NCBI GenBank assembly: GCA_951406725.2
Contig: OX597820.1
Location: 107,260,001-107,324,000, forward strand
From: Octopus vulgaris
Lineage: Eukaryota
Direction of reading: 5' to 3'
Length of the DNA: 64,000 bases
Of the stretch, positions 52,664 through 64,000 are shown piece by piece; position 1 is the first letter of the stretch; the number at the start of each line of letters is the position of its first letter. The notes below the pieces were generated by a model. That model had not been told where the DNA came from. It did not search any database and saw only the letters and a program-made list of their open reading frames with translations. The position numbers and the translations under genes are program-made.

Positions 52664-53612
52664 TGAGAGAGAGATTGTGTGTATGTGTGTCTGTGTGTGC
52701 GTGAAAGATAGCTAGATAGGTAGAGTGTTGTCAGCATAGTAAGTAACAAAGCTTTCACTATATAACAGTCTACTATTAAAAGAAGGTATGTGCATGATTA
52801 ACAAATATTTTTACTGGCAGCATAGTAATGGGTAAAGACCTAGTAAATAGTGAAAATATTACATGACCACACAATACCTCAATGCATAGTTGTGTGGTTA
52901 AGAAGCTTGTTTTACAACCATGTAATTCCAAGTTTGGTCTCACCATGTGGCACCCTTGGGCAAGTGTCTTGATGTATTCCCCCAGCCCAATAAATGCTTT
53001 GTGAATGAATTTGGTTAGCAGAACCAGTACAAAACCCACTGTGCCATCATCATTCTAACATTCACTTTCCCATGCTTGTATGAGTCAGATGGAATTCATC
53101 GAGGCAGATTTACTACAGCTCCAGATGCCCTTCCTGTTACCAACTCTCATCTGCTTCTGATGCCAAGCAAGGTAATATTTGCCCACAGTCAAACATGCTT
53201 TAACAGAAGACTGAAAATGAGAGACACTTCTTGTATGAAGGTGACATTCATTTATAACTATCTTGTGATATCAAGTCTAAGATTCTCACACACATACAGA
53301 TTTACATGACCAGCTTTTTTCAGTTGCTGTCTACCAAATTCGTTCACAATGCTTTTGTCAAAGTGACACACAGTAAGCCTAAACCTGAAACAATGTGCTT
53401 GGGAAATGAACTTTTTAATCACAGAGCCAATATTGTGTGTGTGTGTGTGTGTGTGTGTGCATGCGCATGTGCATAGATAGATGGATGATATACATATAAA
53501 CATTCCATAAAATATTTACAAGTTCCACAAATCACATGCTTCCAAAGGTTTACAAATACAATTACTTTTCAAAACTCATAATTCTTAATAAAAACAGAAA
53601 TTTAAAACTTAC

Positions 53613-53681
53613 AGAAGCAAGCATTAGGACACTTTCTTTCATCTTGCTTAATCCAAATCTTGTGATACCAAGTACTTCACC
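53613..53681 (-). CDS. POLR3A: RPC1 internal exon (not in ORF track)
   Basis: aactag|GGT ... TCT|gtaagt. 69 nt encode GEVLGITRFGLSKMKESVLMLAS. Confidence 0.97.
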
Positions 53682-55054
53682 CTAGTTAGGTTTTTAAAAA
53701 AAATACAATATGAAATATAATAGAAAGACTTAAAAAAGATACCAAAGACAAATCAAGAAAAATACAAAAATTACTCCATAAATAATACTTTTCTTGTAAA
53801 AATAAACAAGGCCCAAAACTTCCCACAATAAATTATTAACAAGTACTATTCATATAATTACAACTGAGTGGTTAGTAATAGAAAAAAATATCTAAATTCT
53901 AAAATATTTTCTCCAACAATAAGCAAATGTTGAAATCTGTAAAAATCCTGCTAACATGTCAAAATCATTATCATCATTGTTTTAAAGTCCACCTTTCTAT
54001 GTAAGAATGAAAAGATGGAATTCCTTGAAGCAGAATTTCTTCTTGTTGCCAACCCTCACCTGTTTCCAAGTTACACTAATATTTCCTCTTGGCTTGATAT
54101 CTTCTTCACAGAAGACAGGAAATGTACATCATCATCTGCCTGTCATGTGACATCATGGTTTCTTCAGTTTCTGTCAACTGAAACCACTCACAACACTGAA
54201 AGACACACTTGACCTAAGTGCTGCACAGTGGGGCTGGACGTAAATCTACATGATTGGAAAGCAAGTTACTTAATCACACAGCTATGTTTTTGCCTATCGC
54301 AAAAATAAAGATAATGGGAGGTCAACCTAATTAAAAGACAAGCATGAACGTTATAACTGAAACAGTTGAGTTTGTGTTGACATATTTAATGCAGGGAGTC
54401 TCAAAAAGCAAAGTAGACGACATTATGTGAAGGAGTCATTGACTAACATTATTTCAGGAAATGAGGGAGCCAGCTACGCACATTTCAGTCTTAGTAGGGC
54501 CTCTGGGCTTCTCAGTAAGGCTTCAGTTTTATGCAAGCTTGTAAAAGTATTGATAAGAGAATCACAAACTAAATATACATTTGCAATCGTGGTGGAAAAT
54601 AGAAATATTCCAAGAACACATTATTCTTTGATATTTACGTTAGTGTTAACATATTTAAAGCAGGGACGTAAATGATAACTGTTGTAAAATATATGTTTCA
54701 ACAGTTCATACAAACATCAACAGCCTGAGAACTATCCAGCAATACAATCGTGGAAAACTGGATGTACAAACATTTCAAATATAAAAGAGCAATTTGAAAT
54801 TTTGGGATTTCTCATAAAACAAAATAAATATACAGCAAAAATTAGCTTCAAATTAAAAACATTTTCATTACGCTGATGATGATGATGATGATCAGCTGGA
54901 AAGATCGCTATCTTTAAATGATTGTTCTTTATGCACGCGCGGGCGTGCATACACATTTTCTCAAAGGTACATACAGCAGAGAAGATTTTGTTGGAGTCAG
55001 ACTGAAAAAAAGGAGGAAGCATTCCATTGAAGAAAGAAATGAGAAGCCACTTAC

Positions 55055-55227
55055 TCTGCAAGTCATCAGATCAGCAAGAAGCATCACATGTCGGATATCA
55101 ATACTCATGCCATGGTTGACCATGGTGTAGACAATCTCTTCAATTATTGTAGTGCGAGCAGCCTCAATACCTAAAGTCTTTTCTACTTCACATGTATTGT
55201 TGGAAGATGATAAGCTTCCATTGACAC
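55055..55227 (-). CDS. POLR3A: RPC1 internal exon
   Basis: cctag|GT ... AGA|gtaagt. 173 nt encode (G)[57 protein letters not shown], with the conserved LGIEAAR and [11 protein letters not shown] motifs. Confidence 0.97.
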
Positions 55228-56439
55228 CTAGGTTTGAAAATAAGAGAAAACAAAACAAAGAATTATTATTCCCCACTTTAATATTGCCTTCAACATTATT
55301 ACCATCATTAACATCACTTCTGATATTGTCAGGATCTTCATTTAAAAAGACATCTTTAGAAAGATGGGATGTCTTTGTTATATTCAGGTATTTGACTACT
55401 GGCCATGTGGCTCATGTCTCACTTGTCACACCAATATTTCACTAAGGATGACATATAATACTACAGATCTAGTTTCATTTAGCCAAAAAGTAAATTGGTC
55501 AAACCAATATGTCTCTACGTGGTCAGCAGATGAGATACAGTAACCAAATTAGCACCTGTACAGTTTCATACCTGATTTACTTTGTTTCACACCTTACAAT
55601 TTTTGCTTTTTTTAAAATACTTTTCTTTCGTTGAATGTCTGTCCTCCATCAATGGGATGGGTTGGGTGGTTTGACAGGATCAAATGAGCCAGAGGACTGC
55701 ACTAAGCTCCAATGCCTGTCTTGGCATGGTTTCTACAGATGGATGTCTTTCCTAATGACAATCACTTAATGGATGCTTTTTTCATGACACTACAAAGGTC
55801 ACCAAATAACATCACAAGACAAAGAAAAGCCTCCTTAACTGAGTGTGGTAGCAGAAGAGATGGAAAGGTGGCTTTATGTCAGATGTTGAGGACTAAAGTA
55901 TGACAGACAGACAGAAAGAAAGAAGACAATGATGGTGGTGTCAACTGATGATAAGAGAGAATATGAACTGAAGATGGGGAGGTGTGAGAGGAGAGTGACA
56001 GATGGTTAGAGATGGGGCAGGGTGGGGGTAAAGATCTGGGTAGCTCAGGAAGGAGGAGATAAATCACAGTACAGGAAGAGCAAAGCAGAATAATAAGCCT
56101 GTAGGTAGATCAGAAAATATAGGGAGAATGGGGAAAAGGTAAATAGCAAAGAGAGAGATGTACATTGATAGAAATCAGAGGTTGGAATGAGCCTAATAAA
56201 TGGAAGACAAAGGTTGGAGAGGCTATTGATGGCTGCTATGACAAGGGTGATGAGAATGATAGGAGATAAGAGAGGTGTTAAAGACAAGATGCGTCTCAGA
56301 GATGCGTATCAGAGAAGAGGGAGAGATAACTGGAAAAAGTGATCAGTAGAAAATTAGGTAAGAAGGGATGATATTGAGAATGAGGGATGAATTCTGAAAG
56401 GAGGTGGTTTCAAAAATTCATCCCTGATAGCACAAAGCA

Positions 56440-57600
56440 GAAGTATTTAGGTAAAAGTAAGCCAATCTACTTGGCATTTCTCGACCTGGAGAAAGACTTT
56501 GACAAGATCACTTACTCTCATCTGATGATTGTTGTGAAAGTTAGGAGTAAATAAATGGCTTGTCAGAGGCATTCAAGCAATGTACAGGGATGTTGTTAAT
56601 AAGACGAGAGTTAGCAATGGTTAGAGCAACAAATTTGGTGTGCAGGTAGGAGTTCATCATGCCTCAGTTATCAGCCTCCTCCTATTTATGAGTCTTCCAG
56701 GTCATAACAGACAAATTTAAGACTGGTTGCCCATGGGAGCTATGATGATGACCTTGTTCTTATAGCTAAAATTAGAAGAATCAGAAAAGAAATTCTAGGT
56801 GTGGAAGCAAAACCAGGAATGAAAGGGCCTTAAAATTAACAGACTAAAATTCCAATAAGCAGGAAAACAGATAGGCAGTAATCCATGCTAAATATGCAGA
56901 AAAGGTGTAAGTAGAAATTACATAGAGTATACTCAGTGCAAACTATGGACATATAAGAGGTAGTGTGGAATGACAGGAAGACTAACAGAGAAAGGAGACT
57001 TTGTGGCATATATGTAGAAACAGTAAACACTTAGAACACACTAAAAAGAAATTTTTTGGAATACACAGGAGGATCACTGGAGGTAACAGATAGTTTTTGT
57101 TACCTCGGAGACCTGATTAGCAGTAAGTAAAAGGATAGTTGCTAAGATAAGAACTGGTAAGCAAGTAAGTTCAGAGTGCTATTAGCTGTGCTGGTAACAA
57201 AAGGACTCTCTCTCAGCATGAAAGACAGAGAGCATGATGCCCATATACAAATAATAATGTTATATGGTTGTGACACTTAAGCTGCAAATACGAAAACTAG
57301 AAAGAAATGAAGCTATCATGTTCTGCCAGTTGTGCAAAGTCAATGTGCTGAGAGAAACATAGAGTGTAAATTGGGCAAATTGAGGCATCAGATGTGTGCT
57401 GGTATGGTCATGTGATACAGCTGGATGAGGAGAACTGTATAAAGTGTTGATTGCTAAAAGTGGATGGAACCTGTGGAAGAAGACCCAGGAAGATGTGGGA
57501 TGATGGGATGAAGTGGTGAAGACCAACCATAAAATATTGAACCTCACAGAAATAACAAAAGATTGAATGACTAGTGATACACTATACCTGAGAAGTCCTA
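56440..57600 (+). pseudogene. RTE-clade LINE reverse-transcriptase relic in a POLR3A intron
   Basis: KPIYLAFLDLEKDFD, VQVGVHHASVISLLLF, PWEL...DDLVLIA and FCYLGD correspond to RT motifs; many stops and frameshifts. Confidence 0.8.
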
Positions 57601-58684
57601 ATCATCTCAGAAAAATGAAACCTTAAAAGCATATTGTTAATGTCTATACCCCTGCACCAAATCTCTGTCAAACCATCCCCCACACCTATTACTCTTCTAA
57701 CCACAGCATTACTCCTTCAGGTGCTGTACATGATACTGTTTATCCCCCTACACGTCATCTCACTATTATCATCACTTATCACCTTCTCCTCTTCCTTGAC
57801 CAACTCCTCCTATTTCCTTCAGACACATCACAAACTGATGTGCACCAATGACCATGCTTCGGCCCATGTACTCTATTCACTACATCCATCGCTATCCCCC
57901 TTCTCTAACCATCTGTCATTCTCTTTTCACTTTCACATGAACTTACCAACCCACCCACCCTTTCCAATCTTCTAGTCTTATTCTCTCTTCATTTTGTATC
58001 TTGAGGATACACACACACCATCTCTTTTCTCTCTTTCTAAGAGAAAGCCATGTATGGAAAGCTATAGCAAGACACCAGTTCTTGTCCCTCTATCATACCT
58101 GAACATTTAACACCTGGCATAAAGACACCTCTCTCAGTACAAGTTTAGCGTCCTTGTCTTGCAAGTTACTTGGTAATCTCACATGAAAAATGCACCCAGT
58201 ACACTCTGTAAAGTGATTGGTATTAGAAAGGGCATCCAGTCATTGAAACCATGACAAAGCAGACACTGGAGCTTGATGCGGTCCTCTGGTACATCACTTT
58301 CTGTTGAGCTGTCCTACCCATGCCAGCAAGGAAAATGGATGTTAAACAATACATATAGAAATATCTATTTGCTTTGCAGGATTTAAACTTCAGGCCTCAA
58401 ATCACTGGAGTTGTGAAAGGATTATTTGTACTAATTCATATAAAACACACACACACACATTATTTTTATCTCTTAAATGGATTTTCACATTTGAAATAAA
58501 TATAATAAAATGCATAGAAATGATATCTATCACTCTTACCATCAATGTCAAGAGATCTTTTTAAATACATCTGTGACTAAACCACCTCCAACCATCTGAT
58601 TAAGAGCAATAATAATATATGTTGTACTTTCATAACTTCTTTTCTCTAATCATTAATGGCTTTAAATTGTGAAGAGTAGTTTAC

Positions 58685-58793
58685 CTCGTGTAGCCATGAC
58701 AGCTCTCAAATTGTCACCTTCAACTAGAAGTTTATAATGATTTGCTTTCTTTTCATCTTGATGAATAACAGCGCGGGTCACTGATGGAATTCC
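58685..58793 (-). CDS. POLR3A: RPC1 internal exon
   Basis: gttgcag|GGA ... CGA G|gtaaa. 109 nt encode [36 protein letters not shown](G); phase 0 in, phase 1 out. Confidence 0.96.
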
Positions 58794-59215
58794 CTGCAAC
58801 ATTACAATACTGACATTAAAGAGATTGCTTTGAAAAAATGGAGATTCTTGTTTGTTGCATTTAATTACATAGGAATTCATTCTACAACAAAGCCATCATA
58901 CAGTGATTTCTTCATAGCATGAAAGATTAACGACAATTATTATATAATGATGAATTTTCTTTGCTCAAAATTCAATCAGTTCAGAAATGCTTCAGTTTAA
59001 AGTGATGATGATGACGATTATCCTCATTATTTAACATCCATGTTCCAAGCTGGCAAGAGTTAGACAATATATTTATGCACTTTCACATTTTATATGGATG
59101 TAAAACAGCAAAAATAAACAGAAATAAGGGCAAAATACCAGTCCAGTGGGATATCAATAATTTATATGATGATGATGATCATCATCATCATCATCACTAT
59201 CACCATCATCATAAC

Positions 59216-59252
<37 letters not shown>

Positions 59253-60099
59253 GTTTCTACTAGAGGGACAAGGTTCGAAAATTATGGGGAGAGAGATACT
59301 CGATTATATCAACACTTGAATGGTACTTTTTTTTATCGACCCCAAAAAGATGAAAGGCAAACATGACCTCAGCAGAATTTGAACTCAGAATGTAAAGCTG
59401 AAACACATGCTGCTAAGCATTTTGTCTGGCATGCTAACAATTCTGCCAGCTCACTACCTTTATATAAAATACAGGAATGAGAAGATAGAGAAAACCGAAA
59501 ATTCATGGTGTCAAATTTTTCTGGAGACCTGAAGGCTGTTGATAAAGTGGGAATAAAACAAAACATGCAATCAATCCAGAACACTAGGAACAAACTACTG
59601 CTTGAAGTGCATGCATGTATAGATTGGACTAATTAAATAACTAATTAAAAATATATAGATAATAATATTCTACTCTGTTAGTTGAGAAAGACGTCTGCTC
59701 ATCACAATATTACACAAATCAACATGAGTCAAAGAAGAACCACAAACTAGCAAGGTAGCTTTTATATGGTTGCTCAACATATCCTGCAAGAAATAGAAGA
59801 AATATATCCCACATGCCAGATAATGCAGTTCTAGAATCACCCTGTTTGATAAAATAGCAATGCTGTCTTGGTGGGAACACTTTCGATCATAACTCTATGT
59901 AGTTTGGGCAGATCTGCATTGAAATAACTGAAATCAAGAGATCCTTCAAGTATTTCAGGATCTATTCAGATACATCCCATTGTCCACTGTGTGCAGTAGT
60001 TATTCATATTTTCACAGTATTTCTTAATGCTGTCCCAGTAAAAATAATACAATTTTTCTTTTATAAAATCAACAAGGATCAAGTTGTGGAACAACTTAC

Positions 60100-60216
60100 T
60101 TTTATCATCACTTCAGGTATTTCTTTCTTCAGTTGCTGCATTACATAATACATTGAACTTTTGGATGTTTCCTGTGGAGCTATGGTGATCACAGAATCAC
60201 TGTGAATCTGAACTTG
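60100..60216 (-). CDS. POLR3A: RNA polymerase III largest subunit (RPC1), internal exon; further upstream exons appear to lie beyond the window
   Basis: Acceptor ttttccag|CAA, donor AAA|gtaagt. 117 nt encode QVQIHSDSVITIAPQETSKSSMYYVMQQLKKEIPEVMIK, matching the RPC1 segment SKSSMYYVLQ.LKEDLPKV recalled from human POLR3A. Confidence 0.93.
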
Positions 60217-60849
60217 CTGGAAAATATTGGGCAAAGATTTTATGAGATTAGTTGAGCTTACCTCTGGTGGCAATAATAAGATAGGTCATTAACAAATTTC
60301 AAGCCTTTGACCACTGATAATCCCAATATGCCACCCTGGACCTGCCTAGTTATCAAATAATGGCAGGGTATACAATTCCTGCTGCCACTAGACATTACAG
60401 CCTACTTCTTTCAGTCACGTGAACTCATCAGTAACCTCACACCATCAAATCAGTTACCCTACATAATAATAATAATAATTATTATTATATATATATATAT
60501 ATATATATATCTTTTTATCTTTTACTTGTTTTAGTCATTAGACTACAACCATGCAAGGGCACAGCCTTGAAGAATTTTAGTTGAATGAATTAACCCCAGT
60601 GGTTGTTTTATGTTTTTAAGCCTGGTACCCCTTCTATCATTCTATTTTTAACCAAACTGATAAGTTATAGGCACATGAACACACCAACACTGGTTGTCAA
60701 ATGGTGGAGGAAGGGGACAAATGCAGACACAAAGAGAGAGAGATACACACATACATGTAGCAGAGTTACAAATTACATAGTAATATCAAATCAAATCAAA
60801 TCAAAACAAATCAAAATAGATGAACATCAATGGAATTTGTATCTTTGTG

Positions 60850-61090
60850 GTACCAGTGCCGGTGGCACACAAGAAAACCATCCGAACGTGGCCGTAGCCA
60901 GTACCGCATCGACTGGCCTCCGTGCTGTGGGCACGTAACAAACACCATCCGATCGTGGCCGTTCGCCAGCCTCATCTGGCACCTGTGTCGGTGGTACATA
61001 AAAACACCATCCGAGTGTGGCCGTCTGCCAGCCTCGTCTGGCACCTGTGTCGGTGGCACATAAAAAACACCATCCGAGCGTGGCCATGCA
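60850..61090 (+). repeat. four tandem units of about 65 bp from the interior of the (ATG)n-tailed repeat family
   Basis: Recurring aacaccatccgag.gtggccg...gcctc.tctggcacctgtgtcggtggcaca. Family copies also at about 1-70, 44130-44750, 58180-58350 and 61580-61920. Confidence 0.8.
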
Positions 61091-62783
61091 TACCTTCCTT
61101 CCTTCTTGTGACACTTGTGAAGACCTGTGAAGACGGTTCAACTTAGTTAGAAATATTTCACTTAGACTTTCTAGATCATTTGCTAATGTTGATATCTTCA
61201 ATGATAAAGCTGAATTTTATAACTCTGCCTATAACTCAGGCTATAAAGAAAAAAATACCTATATTGACCCTATTAATCAGGACATGAGAACATGTCATAA
61301 TATTAATTTTAGTTTGAATAACAACACTAAATCAAAAAATGTAATTTTGTAGCGTAAGGCAGACAACTGTTCTTTTTGTCCGTTTATACATGATAAAAAT
61401 AAGTCTAGGACTTTTAAGGACAATTACCCTAATAACAAGGTGTGTCCTAGTAAAAATGTTTGGTTGATAATTCTATATGGTAAGAAGATCAAATTCAACC
61501 TCCCTTACCAGTTTCATGAAGCTATAGATAAGAATTTCCAAAAAATTCAAGCTTTATTCTCATTCATCTCATCATTATCATCATTTAATATCTGTTTTCC
61601 ATGCTGGCATGGGTTGGACGGTTTGACTGGGGACTGGCAAGCCAAGAGGCTGCACCAGGCTCCAGTCTGATCTGGCAATGTTTCTGCAGCTGGATGCCCT
61701 TGCTAATACCAACCACTCCGAGAGTGTAGTGTGTGCTTTTTATGTGCCACCAGCATGGGAGCCAGTCAGGCGGCACTGACATCAGCCACATTTGGATGGT
61801 GCTTTTTACATGTCACCAGCACGGGAACCCAGTCAAGCGGCACTGACAACAACCCATGAATGAATGGTGCTTATTGAGTGCCACCAACCTGGGAGACAGT
61901 CAGGCAGCACTGGCCACAACTACAATTTCCATTTGCTTGTGATTTGATTTGATTTTACTTGACTCAATAGGTCTCCTCAAGCATGGCATGTCACCTGATG
62001 ATTCAAAGGTACTTTTTAAATGGGCTAGTTATGTGACATTGGTGTAAGCTATGACTGTGATCTTATTTTACTTGCTGGGTTTTCTCAATTACAGCATATT
62101 TCCAGAGGTCTCGGTCTTTTGTCATTGCCTCTGTGAGGCCCATCATTTGAAGGTCATGCTTCACAATCTCATCCCATGTCTTCCCTCTCTTCCACAGGTT
62201 CTTTCCACTGTTAAGGAATGATACTTCTTCACAAAACTCTCCTCATCCATATGCAGCACATTACTATACTAGCACAGTCATCTCTCTTGCACACCACATC
62301 TATCACATTATATTTCTCCACTCTTAATTTTCTGTTAATTTCTTTCTACTCCTTTTCTTTCTCTAAATTACCTTTGACATTAAATCTATTAATGGTTTTC
62401 TTTAAAAAATAACTTGCCAGCATTCTCCTTCATCATACACAGGGTAATCACATTCGGATAAAATGGCTTATTGATGTATTTTGTTTCTCTTTTTTTCCCT
62501 GACAAGATGATTGCATTGCTTTACATCATTTTATTCCCTCCAGAATAATATCAATGTTTTCTTTGAAACATATGTCAGAAATATAAAGATTTGAATAGCA
62601 TGTTACTTGTCTTGTTTTCCATTTTTTTCTTTTGTTGTTCGCAAAAAAAGTTTGTATTCCGTGTTTTCGTATTTCATAGTTTATGTTGCTTCCGTATTTC
62701 ATGTTGATAATGTTTTATGACATCCTATACCCATATATGCATATGTATATACATATATAAGTATGTACATATACGTATGTATA

Positions 62784-62938
62784 GGAGTGGCTGTGTGGTA
62801 AGTAGCTTGCTAACCAACCACATGGTTCCGGGTTCAGTCCCACTGTGTGGCACCTTGGGCAGGTGTCTTCTACTATAGCCTCAGGCCGACCAAAGCCTTG
62901 TTAGTGGATTTGGTAGACAGAAACTGAAAAGAAGCCCG

Positions 62939-62981
<43 letters not shown>

Positions 62982-63201
62982 CACATACATGTATATGTTT
63001 GTGTGTCTGTGTTTGTCCCCCCCCCCATCGCTTGACAACCGATGCTGGTGTGTTTATGTCCCCATCACTTAGCGGCAAGAGAGACCGATAGAATAAGTAC
63101 TAAGCTTACAAAGAATAAGTCCTGGGGTCGATTTGCTTGACTAAAGGTGGTGCCCCAGCATGGCCACAGTCAAATGACTGAAACAAATAAAAGAATAAAA
63201 G
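62784..63201 (+). mobile_element. tRNA-derived SINE with CORE-like block and internal (TA)n; similar copy at 33474-33832
   Basis: ggagtggctgtgtggtaag...ggttcagtccc head, tggcaccttgggcaggtgtcttc block, aaagaataaaag tail. Confidence 0.85.
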
Positions 63202-63213
63202 AATATATGTATA

Positions 63214-63704
63214 TTACATGGGAAAATGTGAGCATGAACTCTAATATTCTTAAGATTATAAACCTGGAAATGTATAGGACAAGCTATTACTTGTAGTAAA
63301 GTAAAGAATAAGAAACTTTTTACTTAAAATATTGCAGCAAAGAATGCCGGTTCTTCTAATTTATCCCTCTTTACAGTTCTCATCTTTTAAATTTATTGTA
63401 CAAAACTGTTCAGCTAATTTGTAAGTTTGTCTAATTAGTCACTTTTTTCCTGTATTTAAGGAAGTAAATTAGCCGAATTCTACTTAAATAAGTATAGTGT
63501 TATTTGTAAACTATATTAAAATAATTTTTAATATTCAAATTTTAATTTTAGCTGCAATATTTTAAGTAAAAAGTTTCTTATTCTTTACTTTACAAGAAGT
63601 AATAGCTTCTCCTATACTTTTCCAGGTGTTGTAACTTGTCCCGTACTTTTCCAGGTTTATAATCTTAAGAATATTACTTTTCATGCTTGCATTTTTCCAT
63701 GTAA
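63214..63704. mobile_element. AT-rich foldback/MITE with arms of about 125 bp
   Basis: aatattcttaagattataaacctggaaa...acttaaaatattgcagc is mirrored by gctgcaatattttaagt...tttccaggtttataatcttaagaatatt. Confidence 0.8.
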
Positions 63705-64000
63705 TCCACGATTTTTCCAGGCATTGCTGTTATAAGATAATTAATAATGAGTCAATTAATAATTTAAGATTTTAACTTATAAAATACTGAAAGATAATAT
63801 TTCAATTTTTCCATGTAAGTGAAGATAATTTCAATTTTTTTAATGTTTAATTATTTGATATCACCCATCCACACCAAATTAATGGCAAGGAATTTTACCA
63901 TCTTGTTGGTTGCACCATGGCTCACCAAAAGTTACAAACAACAAGATCCCAAAACCATCAGTTACCAGGATCCCTTTAAGTACACTAGATTTTGAGTTGG

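Noticed and set aside
60217-60300. Extra POLR3A exon ending GAG|gtaagc near 60262
   Set aside because: It would leave an intron of only about 45 nt, has in-frame stops just upstream and does not resemble the expected upstream RPC1 sequence.

Overview
Eukaryotic, AT-rich, repeat-dominated genomic DNA. The SINE and other repeat families and the microsatellite landscape resemble octopus (coleoid cephalopod); this taxon call is an inference. The only host gene I can support is the 3' part of POLR3A/RPC1 (largest subunit of RNA polymerase III) on the minus strand. It has seven coding exons (60216-60100, 58793-58685, 55227-55055, 53681-53613, 52278-52215, 51483-51414, 45721-45640) with consistent phases. 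Its last intron (45722-51413) is a minor-spliceosome U12-type AT-AC intron, and the terminal exon reached through it is absent from the ORF track. The rest is mobile-element debris: a head-to-tail chain of about a dozen tRNA-derived SINEs joined at (AAT)n tracts beside an R4/Dong-like relic; a family of GG-ended, 8-bp-TSD elements (most carrying TTAGGG repeats) plus a decayed Merlin-like transposase; a probable reversed-ends transposition inversion; and Helitron, mariner, hAT, Tx1/L1, RTE and Penelope fragments with hammerhead-ribozyme motifs. A CpG-rich promoter-like island with a candidate micro-exon lies at about 36.4 kb. Everything was read by eye; repeat boundaries are approximate unless a TSD or splice site is quoted.
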